A DNA stretch of 63,583 nt, filler included, from Octopus bimaculoides (lineage: Eukaryota), in NCBI RefSeq assembly GCF_001194135.2. It is 5 parts of 4 records of this genome, joined end to end, with 100 filler letters (N's around TTAATTAATTAA, not from the genome) between each part and the next. Parts side by side here need not be neighbours in the genome. Positions count along the whole stretch, not along the records: positions 21,583 to 42,061 come from NC_068998.1; 4 more parts are not named here. The stretch is one strand, 5' to 3'. Below are positions 25,560 to 36,805 of this stretch, piece after piece. The notes beneath the pieces were generated by a model that was not told where the DNA came from, ran no database searches, and saw only the letters and a list, made by a program, of their open reading frames with translations. Each line of letters begins with the position of its first letter. The first letter of the stretch is position 1. The translations under genes and the position numbers were made by a program.

Positions 25560-28120
25560 AATAATAATAAGCATAATGATATCTTATATTTCCCACGAAG
25601 GCAAAGGATAAAGGGGACAATACAAAGACAGATATAAATTGTGGGGGTTTCCATATAATGAAATGGCTAAAAAAAAAAGAAAAATATACAAAATATACAT
25701 TAAAAGAAGGGAAGTATACATAGTATACGATGCTAAGAGAAAAGAAAAAGTGATAATGATGGAGTCCTCTTAATACACGAGGACCTCAAGGGATAATCAA
25801 GGAATCCCTCCATCCAAGATCACCCTGAATGCAACGCCAAGTGCTCTCTCCAACTCCTTTCCTCTGACTCACAGATCTACACTTAGAGCAGGAGCATCCA
25901 CTCTTGCCATTTTGGCAACTTTCACCTATCCTTTGATAAATTCATTCGAGGACAACACCCCCCCCCTCTCCACCCTCACTTTCCTTTTCAAGTAAAACTT
26001 GAAAAAGTCGAGGGTTTTACCAAAGAAGAATGTCTCTGTCCTCATTCCTTTCAGCCTTGTCCATTAGACCTCTTTCACCACAGCATTCAGCAGAGTTGTG
26101 GTCCTAAAGTTGTCAATTCAATCCCCTTTGTTCAGATCTTTTCTTAGCAACACCACCGCTCCTTAGCTCACAAAACTGGGAATTCTCCCATTCTGTTGCC
26201 AGTTGCAGTAAACGTTTGCCAAGAGGTCACCAAACAAGTCTGGCATGTAAGCATTAAACTCGTAAGGCAGACCATCCAAAACCAGGAATCATCTGAGTAG
26301 GGTTGCAAGGCTTTTGCACCCTCCTCCCCTTTCTGCTAAACCCACACAATCCTAACTTACATCTAAAACTCCATTCCAATCCCCCATTAACATTAAAAAG
26401 TGGGACGTCCCAGACATCTGAAGAAATCTCGTTGTCCTGCTCCTACCAGCAACTAGCCTGAAAGTATGTCCTTCGCTGCCTGTCATGTCCAGCACCACCA
26501 ACTTACCTTCCAGGTCCAGGAAGATTGTTTGTAATGCAAGATCCAGATTTTTCCAAACCATCATGGCAACTCTGCCTCCAGCTCCCAGACAACTTGGAAA
26601 TGCATACACCTCAGTTATGAAAAATGGATTGGAGTCTTGTGAATCAGAAATTCTAGTTTCACTAATGACCACCACATTGACATTCAGTGCCCTGAAATCA
26701 TTGAGCAAATGACCCCGCATCCAAAGTGACTCCATTCACACTGCCTATTCTGTGCATAACCATGTTGTCAGAAAAAGAAATGAAAAGAAAAGGAAAACTT
26801 ACTTGGTTTTGTTTGGAGGGGCAGTTTGTCCATCCCTCCTGTTGGCCTGGGGTGCTTCCAGCAGCAAATCACCAAGAATTCTCTTCAAGAATTTTCTTCA
26901 ATCATGGGCAGAAGGCTTTTAAATGAGATGTTGAAAAGCAAATGTGGCACTTTGCTTTCCTTCTATCAACCCTGACTGGAATTATGCTGCCTCCAGGAAG
27001 ATGGATCTGGTCTGGGATGAGACCCACATTCTTTTGGGTCGTTTGGATGAGTTCTATCATCATCCTGGACCAGTTCTCCTTTTTGGTCTCATAGGCTTCA
27101 AGGATTTTCAAGTCTTCTTCGATGCCTATCGTTACTGCAGCAATTAGCCAGGAAATGGCTATTTCTGGAAGCACCTATTGAATGATGATTTTGGCCAGTC
27201 TCTGGCCACAGTGGAAAGGAACCAACAACAGCTCCTTGCTTTTGAGGGGTTTCAGAGAGTGATATTTTACTTCTTCCTCCATGCGGAATCTAACCTCCGC
27301 CATCCCATAGCCCATTCCTCTCTGTATATATTCCTTTAGATTCCAGATGGAACCTAAAGCTTTTTTTGTATCTGAGCTTCTGTGACTCTTTCTACCCTCC
27401 TTGATCTTAATCCGATTATACGGTACATCACTATGAGGCATATCGTATCCTGGATAGTCTCAAGAGTGTTATTTAGCTTTATAGCTATTCCATCTTTCTT
27501 GACTACCTGCCTGGCATTTTTAAGTTCCTCTTCGGAGAATTGTATTCTCTAAAGAGATGACTTGGCTACTCCTGCGAAGGGAAGTTTAGAGCTATTCCAA
27601 GCCATTGCATCAGTTCGTTTCTCAGTTTCTTCGTTGTTGTTGTTATTGCGTTTGTTGCTTCCGTTGTTGGTGTTTTTGTCACTTAGCTCATGAAAAGGCT
27701 CTCATTGTTTACATTTTTGAAATTGTTGTTTTTATTTCAAACAATATTGTGAAAAACAGAGCTGTTGTTTTACCAAAGATTCTTCTCAGAGATCTTTCTT
27801 GAAAAAATTGGCCCTGCTGTCTTTTTTGTTCTTTGTTTCAACAAAAATACAGCTGTCGTCTGCTTCTTTATCTCGCACTCTGTCGTTTGCCACTCTCACA
27901 CTCTCTCTTATTGACATTTGGTCACACTCCTCACTCTCTCCCCCCTCTCTCACATATGAACGTCACCGTGTTTTGTACTTTTTCCATGTTGATGGGGGAA
28001 AACACAAACGACATTTAACTGAGAAACAAAATCAATTGACTTGTCCCCCAAAACTGGGGAACAAAACAGGAAAATAAACTCACCACTCGACAGCAATTAA
28101 CTTATTGTCCACGATGTTAC
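25560..28120 (-). mobile_element. Tx1/L1-like LINE copy B: ORF1 with CCHC knuckle and ORF2 with large internal deletions
   Basis: ORF1 CHICFSTSHLKAFCP (CX2CX4HX4C, 26905-26949). APE endonuclease VVVISETRI...GGRVAMMV...LMGDWNGVLD (26352-26735). RT start DGLPYEF...RKDLNKGD.IDNFRTTTLLN, then directly the C-terminal RVDAPALSVDL*. Confidence 0.85.
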
Positions 28121-28865
28121 AAACTTGAAGGGTGAAAACACATGTATTATGTGTTTTTTATTATAAAATCCACGGAGCGAAATACCGCTAAGTATTTAGC
28201 CCAGTGTGCTAATGAGTTTGCCAACTCCAGACAATCCCAAAAATGCAATGGTAACAATAAAATGAAAACACGAGGCCTTAGCAGGCCGAAAAGATTACAG
28301 AACAATAGTTCAATTGACGGAGCTCCAGATTTCCCTGACTTGGCAGCAGAGCTACTCAAAGAGGTGGTCCGCGAGCCATCAGCTGCTGGTACGTGGCGAG
28401 TTTCCAGAAAAGAAAGAAACATTATAAAATGCTCATGTAATATTGCATTATTTGTTTTCAAAATAAATATAAGATAAAAAAAAATTGTCAACTTTCATTA
28501 TATTCATTAGCACAGAATTTTGTCAGTGAACAGGTCGCGGTCTCAAAGCGACGAAAATATTTTGACAAATTAAATTTAAATGTTGAAGTGAATCTAACGG
28601 ATTTTGTGTGTTATTTTAAATGGCTTATAAACACCTTCCACGCTGCAATTGTTTTCGTTCCAGCACACGATCTCAGATCAGGTCACTTGCTATGCAAGTG
28701 CATCTCCGTAATTATATGTATTGTTTCCTGTATAAATTAATATTACTAAGAAATATTACCGGTCTCTGGCACATTGTAAAAATAAAACTGCCGGTACGCC
28801 ACATCAGATAGTTTGAGAAGAACTGCTTTACAGTATGGCGACCATAATGTCAATAATGATAGTAT

Positions 28866-29085
28866 AAGGCAGCGAACCGGCAGAATCGTTAACAAGTCGG
28901 GCAAAATGCTTACCGATATTTCGTCCGTCTTTACGTTCCGAGTTCAAATTACGCTGAGGTCGACTTTACCTTTCATTCTTTCGAGGTCGATAAAATAAGT
29001 ATCAGTTGAGTAGTGAGGTCGATGTAATTGACTTACTGCTCCCAACAAAGTTTGCTGGCCTTGTGCCAAGATTTGAAACCAATAA
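28866..29085 (+). mobile_element. SINE-B copy retaining CpGs
   Basis: GGCAGAATCGTTAAC...CCGAGTTCAAATTACGCTGAGGTCGACTTTACCTTTC. Confidence 0.85.
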
Positions 29086-29345
29086 TTGTTATATGTCGAT
29101 GCATTCAATCATCACGTGATGTTGCCCTGCCCATCGCTTTGGGTTCATTCAATACTGCTTTGCACTTAGTTCACTTAAAATAATAGCCTTTTCTTTTTCC
29201 TTTTTTTTTATATATATATATACATAAAAATATTTCAACAGATGTTTGTTTCCAAAACAGTCTTTTATTTCTTTTTCTTCTATTACAAATTAATTCACAA
29301 ATTACTTACAGTTGTAGCAACTTTTCTGTTTCACTCAAGATTTGG

Positions 29346-29433
29346 GCGGAGGTAAAGAATACGTACACCACCCCTTTTCGGCATAACAAAAACCCTAATC
29401 CTAATCACCAATGTGCGTATTCTTTACTTTCGC
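29346..29433. repeat. Small foldback element: 23-bp inverted repeat around an AACCCTAATCCTAATC core
   Basis: GCGGAGGTAAAGAATACGTACAC (29346-29368) and ATGTGCGTATTCTTTACTTTCGC (29411-29433) are 19/23 complementary, and all mismatches are transitions. Confidence 0.7.
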
Positions 29434-29789
29434 TAAGATTTGAATCTTGACTCCTAAAAATTTTAGCTTTTCGAGGGCACGCTAAGATTTAGCCAAGCCC
29501 TCAGAGAACGAAAGAATAAACAAGTTTCTTGTTCTTTCATTACAGTAAGGATTTCATTTGTGAGTTCTCGGTCATGTAACTGAGGCAGATTATTCGTAGA
29601 AGTATCAAGGTTCAATTTATAAATAATTTAAACGATCACTTCTGTTTTATTTCAAACAATCTCTACTCGTTTTTCAAGTCGCCCAAACCTATCAATAAAC
29701 TGAGAGCAGTGTTTGTCCCCAACAGTTTTTTTTATATTTTCCCCTGTAATTGGTTTTCAGCTTCCTTTTATCTATTATTTCTTTTCTTG

Positions 29790-30600
29790 CTGTTTCTAGA
29801 ACACTGGATGGTTTCCAGATTCCTCTTTGCGTAAAGCCTCCTTCCAATGTCAAAAGCATTTTATTAACTGATTGAATGTGTACCGAAGATAATATGCTTT
29901 AAAAATTGTTATAAAGCCGAGGTCCATTGTTTGCAGAAGTGATGTTGTATTTGGTGGCATAAATATTAATCTTGCATTTAGATAGTGATGTTGTAAAGAT
30001 TGTGGATGACAAAGTACATTATCTACGATCAGTAGCACATGAAATGGAATATTAGATTCAAAGTAATACAAAAAAGCAATTTTCAAACAGTAGAACAATA
30101 ATCCAGGAACGTTTTTTTTTAAAATTTTTATTTGCCTTCCATATTACTAGAAGTGTATCTTTTATGAGGCTTTTTAAGTACCCTAGGATTTTCGTCACGA
30201 TGCACAAGTATGAGCTTTAACCTATGGTCTTCTGCTGCATTATCTTCCAACAATAACGTTAACCGATCTTTAGTTACTTCAAAACCTGACATCGATAATT
30301 TATTTTTCTTCCTTTTGCAATGTGGCTTCTTGCTGGTATGCATTTCGAAAATAAGCTCGTTTCATCCACATTAGCAATTTGTGAGCATGTCTAATCATAT
30401 TCAATTATATCTTCTAATTTTCTTTTTTTTTTTTTTTGCGGAAATATATTAGCTGCTTCTTCTTACTGACACATTATGCAAGCCAGCTATAAAAATCAAC
30501 CGTTGCTTGCAGTAAATGTTTATGCACCATCGCTTGCTTTCTTACCTTTAAGCCTCTTAAAAATAGATAAGGCTTTAGCACAAATGACAGCTTGCATAAT
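29790..30600 (-). mobile_element. Tigger/pogo transposase pseudogene
   Basis: KDRLTLLLEDNAAEDHRLKLILVHRDENPRVLK and LLIVDNVLCHP...FMPPNTTSLLQTMDLGFITIFKAYYLR are DDE_1-type motifs. A CENP-B-like HTH relic KALSIF...FTASNG lies at about 30500-30590. Confidence 0.9.
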
Positions 30601-31014
30601 TGACGTGTTTTATCGTTGTTTCATCGGTCATCCGTGTTGATAAATACGAAGAATAAGATTGACCACTACATTATTACGTATCTTCGTAGATTGCAAGGAG
30701 TGCGCCCTTTTAATTCCATTCAAATATTTTTTTCCTTATCCATTAAAATCATACAGTTGACTGACCCAAAGAAAATTTTGAACATAAATCCTTAACTGTT
30801 TTTCCCATTTATTGTTCATATAAAGTCTCATATTTTGTTTCTAAAGTTATTGCTTTCCCATTTCTTTTGTTATTATCAATAGTATTCACAACCGTATTGT
30901 CCTTTCGGTTTTGTAAGATTGGAAGGAATTAATTCAAAACTTTTAAGAGAAAACATAGTGGAGGGGCAAAGTAACTGAATAAGTGAATGAACAAACATGA
31001 ATATATATATATTA

Positions 31015-31380
31015 TCCAGAGGTCTACTCAAGTCTAGATGAACTCTGCATCTCCATCGCACTCAGAGTGAGAGCTGACGTCTGTAGGGGACTGAGATGCC
31101 GCTGTGGTAGGCCCCTCGACCCCACAGGTTTTCACGGTCTGTCTTGCTGCCTACATGCTGGTCACTTCACTTGTCACACCGAGCTAAACCTAATCATTAA
31201 GTGGGGCCTGGCTCGGATTAATATCCCCTCAGTTCTGGAGCCGTCGGGATTATTCAGAAGTGATGGAAAGAGACCAGATGGTCTTACCCTCTGTCCCTGG
31301 GTTAGAGGTAGGTGCCTCATTTGGGTCACCACAGTCTGTGACTCCTTTGCTCCCTCCCACATTCTGGACGTTGCAGTTAA
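31015..31380 (+). mobile_element. CRE-like non-LTR retrotransposon fragment (zinc knuckle plus RLE endonuclease)
   Basis: ISIALRVRADVC...CRCGRPLDPTGFHGLSC...HTELNLIIK...SVLEPSGLFRSDGKRPDGLTLCPWVRGRCLIW follows the EPxGL..DGKRPDG..PW..G..L.WD pattern of CRE-like elements. Confidence 0.75.
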
Positions 31381-31729
31381 TGGAAAGTGTATAAAAATCC
31401 TACTGTATTTTCATAATTAAATATCGTTAGGAATTGTATAAAAAAAAAATATTGTGTCAGTATAACCAATTTATTACACATAAACTCTAAGATCTTATAT
31501 GGACCCCAGCTGAGAACCAGATCTATCTATCTATCTATCTATTTATCTAACTATCTATCTATCTGTCCTTGTGGTATACATCTTTCTCTCTTAAGTCTGT
31601 TTATGTTCACATGAATCCGTTCCTTCTCTCCTTTCTCTTTCTTTAAATTCACTCTCCTATTTATATTCACATACATACTGTCTATCATTTTCTATTTATA
31701 TTGACACACTACTTTAACCTTTTCTAAAT

Positions 31730-32087
31730 CAGGCATACTGCAACCGTACGTCAGTAATTAGTGCCAAGACATGCGATTTAACTCGGAAAATGACGTAACA
31801 CGAAAAAACATAAAATTTTTTTTATTAGCTTATATCTGTTTTAATAAATGTCTTGTACATATTTTCACATGTATTTTATTTGATTTTCCACTTCAGCATT
31901 GGTTATTAGGTGGCTTCTTTTTTTTTTCTTAACATTTATGCTGTTAAATATGTTCGCTGAGACTGACATAAAGTTGGATAAAGTCAACTAAAGTTAAGGG
32001 AGGTTTTTTCCATTAATTTCTTTAAAAAAAAAACGACCAAGTTAAAAATGACGTAACACGAAACTACGTAAGTTGAGTGTATGCCAG
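31730..32087. mobile_element. pogo/Tigger-type MITE
   Basis: Left CAGGCATACTGCAACCGTACGT versus right-end reverse complement CTGGCATACACTCAACTTACGT, with TA at 32088-32089. AAAATGACGTAACACGAAA is repeated internally. Confidence 0.55.
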
Positions 32088-33049
32088 TACTGTCTACTTT
32101 TTCCTTTAACCTTTTCTAATATCTTATAAACTCCTCTCGATTTTTTTCTTCATGTACCCATTGGTATATGCCTCTCTCATGAACTGTTCAATTATGTTCA
32201 CGCACCGTTTGTCTTTCTCTTCATAATCTCTTTATCCTTTTTCTATCCATATTTCTTCCTCTCTCGTTACCTTTGTTTCTATATCTACCTGTCTATTTCT
32301 ACCCACGCATTCACTTTTACTCTTTTAGCTCTTTCATTTACCTCACTTGCTTTCTAATCCTCGGTCTTTTTTTTCTTTAAAACTCTTCTCTTTCTCCTTG
32401 CGTTTGCTCCTCTAAATTCGTGTAATCAAATCAAAATAGAAAATGAAATCAAACATTTCAGCTGAGTTTACGATATACTGCGTGTACATGCACACACACA
32501 CACACTTTGAAGTTACCTTTTAACTTAACTAATGTATATGTGTGTGTGTGTGTAGGCATTTATGTATATATGGTGTGTGTGTGGTTGTGTATATGCATCT
32601 ATATCTACATGGTGTTCATGTATGTATATACGTATTTATTTTTCATATTGTTTCTCCATCTATAACTGCTGAAATTTCATGTATAATTCCGACCCCCCCC
32701 CCTCACCATATATGAAGAATATCTTTAGAAACTTAATAAAAAGATGTAAGCCGAAAATGAACACATGGAAAATAAACTACTAAAACTACTTGATCTAGCT
32801 GTTGGATTATTTTAAAATCTGGCATTAGAAATTTTTTTAAAAATCATCTGTTGTCCCACGATCCATTGTTCATTGTGTATATGCATCTATATCTACATTG
32901 TCCATTGAGAATTAATACAAAGCCTATGGAAGCACACCAAGGTTAATATGTAGTTTAACATCGAAAAAAAGTTGAAGTAAATTGTCCTAAAAAAAAAATT
33001 ACAGTAAATGAGATAGCAACTGGAAGTGACAACAATGACATACCAAAAT

Positions 33050-33468
33050 TTCATAAAACATGTCTGATATCCAATGGGTGGGTTTCAGCAACTTCTGTAC
33101 TTATGAATTTATGAACCATTCATTCAATTTTCTTGACCCGAATGATAAAAGTATCACCCATTCATAGACACTAGAAAGGCGATAGATAGTTGCCAAAAAG
33201 GTACCTAGGCGACAATGTGGAACTAGTGATGATTTATTTACATCATATCTTTATGAACGTGTGGCGAAACAAATTTAGACATCATGAAAAACAATTCAAG
33301 AATCTCATTTTGTGCATCAATGGCTGTTTTCATTTTATATAAAATATATGTACAGCTTTCATGTTATATTAAATATGTACATGTTCTCTACATTGGTTAA
33401 ATTGTTTTTTTTTTCTTTCAATAAAATGCATTTTTCAAGGAGAGGTGCAAAACTGCATTAGCCCCGCC
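33050..33468 (+). mobile_element. Merlin (IS1016/ISXO2-like) transposase relic with a possible right TIR
   Basis: MNHSFNFLDP...THS*TLERR*IVAKKVPRRQCGTSDDLFTSYLYE resembles the Merlin motif VNHSxNFVDP..HT..IE..W...K.....GT......SYL.E. A GC-rich TIR candidate ends at ...AGCCCCGCC (33468). Confidence 0.6.
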
Positions 33469-33569
33469 AAATTCTTCAGACAAATCTCTTTTAAATCAAA
33501 CCTAGAATATTAAAAGAAATTGAAGGACACTAGATAATGCAGTCCTAGATATTAATTTCCATCTTTTAT

Positions 33570-33905
33570 TCTTTTACTTGTTTCAGTCGTTTGACTGCAG
33601 CCATGATGGAGCACTGCCTTGAAGGGTAACCCAGGACATTTTTTGTTAAGCCTAGTACTTATTCAATGATTAGCTGAACCGCTAAGTTATGGGGAAGTAA
33701 ACACAGACACAAAGACAGATACACATTCACACACACACACACGACAAGCTTCTTTCAGTTTCTGTCCACTAAATCCACTCTCAAGACCTTTGTCGGCCTG
33801 AGGCTATAGGAGAAGACACTTTCCCAAGGTGCCACGCAATGAGATTGAACTCGGAACCATGTGGTTGGAAAGCAAGCTTCTTACCACACAGCCACGCCTG
33901 CGCCT
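33570..33905 (-). mobile_element. SINE-A copy
   Basis: Tail-to-head reverse complement ending CTTACCACACAGCCACGCCTGCGCC. Confidence 0.9.
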
Positions 33906-34119
33906 ATGTCTGAAAAAAAAAAAAATGATGGGATGGTCACAACTGGAATACCTTTAATGATTGATATGATGATCTGTGAGAGAAAAATTAGCTTTACATG
34001 GAATACCAAAAAAAAAAAAAAAAATCCAGAAAACTGCTCTAAGAATAAGACATTTCTGCTTCTACATTTCACTCAATCATTATTTTCCAGCAATTGAAGA
34101 TATTAAAATTCTATGATTT

Positions 34120-34485
34120 AGGTGTAAGCGTGGCTGTGTGGTAAGAAGTTTGCTTCACAATTACCTTGTTCCAGGTTCAATCCCACTGTATGGCATAGCC
34201 TCGGGCCAACCAAAGCCTTGAGTGGATTTGGTAGATTGAAACTGAAAGAAGCCCATCACATGTGTGTGTATTTGTGTCTATGTCTGTCCCACGCAGCTGC
34301 TTGACAACTGGTGGTGGTGTGTTTACACCTCCATAACTTAGCAGTTCAACAAAAGAGACTGATAGAATAAATACCAGGTTTACCAAATAATAAGTACTGG
34401 GGTCAATTAGTTTGATGAAAATTCTTCAAGGCAGTGCCCCAGCATGGTCACAGTCTAGTGACTGAAACAAGTAAAGGATAAAAGT
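34120..34485 (+). mobile_element. SINE-A copy
   Basis: GTGGCTGTGTGGTAAGAAGTTTGCTTC through to GACTGAAACAAGTAAAGG. Confidence 0.9.
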
Positions 34486-34759
34486 AAAAAAAGATAGCAA
34501 AATGTAAAGATATACTGCTTATATTGCAAGCAATAAATGAACTCTGGGATAAACACATGAAATACCAACAGTAGAATTCCAATCCTTCATAATAATAATA
34601 GCAAACTTCAAGACATATTTTCCATGTCCAATTAATGAAATGTTCAATGGTATTCCTTTAGATATGTTTCACTAGACAAATATTTCAGATAAAGCATGTT
34701 TTTAACTAACTTGAAATAGCAGCTAAATCCCCTTCAAAAATCACATTCTACCCTATCAA

Positions 34760-35180
34760 GAAGCTTGCTTCCCAACGATATGGTTCTGGGTTCAGTCCAA
34801 CTGTGTGGCACTTTGGTCAGGTGTCTTCTTCTATAGCCTCAGGCTGACCAAAGCCTTGTGAGTGGATTTGGTAAACAGAAACTGAAAGAAGCCCATCATA
34901 TATATGTGTGTGTNNNNNNNNNNAAACAGAAACTGAAAGAAGCCCATCATATATATGTGTGTGTGTGTGTCTTTGTGTCTATGTTTGTCCCCCACCACTG
35001 CTTGACAACCAGTGTAGGTGTGTTTACATCCCTGTAAGTTAGTGGTTTTGCAAAAGAGAATGACAGAATAAATATCAGGCTTTGAAAAAGTACTAGAGTT
35101 GATTCATTTACTTAAAAGTTCTTCAAGGCAGTGCCCCAGTATGGCCGCAGTCTAATGACTGAGACAAGTAAAAGGTAAAA
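34760..35180 (+). mobile_element. SINE-A copy interrupted by a 10-N gap
   Basis: AAGAAGCTTGCTTCCCAAC ... GACTGAGACAAGTAAAAG. Confidence 0.9.
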
Positions 35181-35267
35181 ATAAAATATACATATACATT
35201 CATTTGTTTTTTGACAAACTCTCTAGGGAGAAGAATGATTTAATGAATAACTTCCTAGATTCTAAGC

Positions 35268-35442
35268 CAGGGATCCCTGAACTATTTAGACCATTGACCC
35301 TTTCATGGAATCCTTGAGCCCTCATCGACCCCCAGGCATGTACAAGGAAATAAATAAATAATAATGATAATTAAATAAATGTGCAGTTTCAGGCATTTAT
35401 CAACCCTTTGAATAGTCCCATCGACCAGTTTGGAGACCCCTG
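35268..35442. mobile_element. hAT (Charlie-like) MITE, 175 bp, with perfect 8-bp TSD
   Basis: TIRs CAGGGATCCCTGAACT and AGTTTGGAGACCCCTG. TSD TTCTAAGC at 35260-35267 and 35443-35450. Confidence 0.9.
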
Positions 35443-35809
35443 TTCTAAGCCTTGATTCAAAACCAAATCACATTTTTCTGCCAGTTTCTTTACTATTGTT
35501 TGCAACTTTTGCACTCAGAAGTTTATGCGAGTCAACAGTCACACTTAGTTAAATTCTGTTGCTTAAGTTAACATTCTTGGGTTAAATACAATTCTAGAGG
35601 GATAAACCAGTTACTTCCCACTGTTCTCCAGCTTATATCCAACTATGCAAAATGTACCCAAATTCAGTTCTACTTCCTTTTCATTTGGTCCCTCACTAGA
35701 AGACCACATCTATGGTTTGTCTGCATGTGACAATACAACTTTCACCTTCTGTACTTGTCAACCCAGAGAAGTAGGGCCTCTTGCTCTTTTTCTCCCTCCT
35801 TCTACTCTT

Positions 35810-36187
35810 TTACTCGTTTCAGTCATTTGATTGCGGCCATGCTGGAGCACCGCCTTTAGTCGAGCAAATCGAATCCAGGACTTATTCTTTGTAAGCCTAG
35901 TACTTATTCTATCTGTCTCTTTTGGCAAACCACTAAGTTACAGGAATGTAAACACACCAGCATCGGTTGTCAAGCGATGTTGGGGGGGACAAACACAGAC
36001 ACACACACATATATATATATACATATATACGACGTGCTACTTTCAGTTTCTGTCTACCAAATCCACTCACAAGGCTTTGGTCGGCCCGAGGCTATAGTAG
36101 AAGACACTTGCCCAAGGTGCCATGCAGTGGGACTGAATCCGGAACCATGTGGTTGGTAAGCAAGCTACTTACCACACAGCCACTCCT
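35810..36187 (-). mobile_element. SINE-A copy, relatively young
   Basis: Full body and tail with most CpGs retained (GGTCGGCCCGAGGC). Confidence 0.9.
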
Positions 36188-36428
36188 ATACCTACAAGAT
36201 GGACTATAGAACTAAAAAATAATCCGTGAACAACAACTTGAAGAAGTGGTCTTCTGCCATTGTAACAATGAAAGTAAAGGGACATTCCAATCAACAATAT
36301 TTCTATTCCTCCTGTTTATTTACTGCATGTAGTTCATTACAATTTTGGTGATACTGATGTACAAACATGTATACATTATTGCTACACACACACAGACACA
36401 CATATATAGATAGATAATGGTGAAATGT

Positions 36429-36805
36429 TTGTTGTTGGCACTCCGTCGCTTACGTCAAGGGTTCCAGTTGATCCGATCAACGGAACAGCCTGCTCGTGAA
36501 ATTAACGTGCAAGTGGCTGAGCACTCCACAGACACGTGTACCCTTAATGTAGTTCTCGGGGATATTCAGCGTGACAAGGCTGGCCCTTTGAAATACAGGT
36601 ACAACAGAAACAGGAAGTAAGAGTGAGAGAAAGTTATGGTGGAAGAGTACAGCAGGGTTCGCCACCATCCCCTGCCAGAGCCTTGTGGAGCTTTAGGTGT
36701 TTTCATTCAATAAACACTCACAACGCCCAGTCTGGGAATCGAAACCATGATCCTATCTATGACTGCGAGTCCGCTGCCCTAACCACTGGGCCATTGCACC
36801 TCCAC
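36429..36805 (-). mobile_element. SINE-D (tRNA-Arg-like head), full length with 13-bp TSD
   Basis: Head GTGGAGGTGCAATGGCCCAGTGGTTAGGGCAGCGGACTCGCAG and B-box GGTTTCGATTCC. TSD AATGGTGAAATGT at 36416-36428 and 36806-36818. Homologue at 59973-60307. Confidence 0.9.

Noticed and set aside
28200-28388. Possible phase 1-1 exon ending GCTG|GTACGT (...DFPDLAAELLKEVVREPSAA)
   Set aside because: The acceptor lies in a SINE-B-like fragment (28172-28226), alternative acceptors lack a pyrimidine tract, and the peptide is unrecognisable.
34873-34964. Direct duplication AAACAGAAACTGAAAGAAGCCCATCATATATATGTGTGTGT
   Set aside because: The two copies flank a 10-N gap, typical of an unmerged contig overlap.
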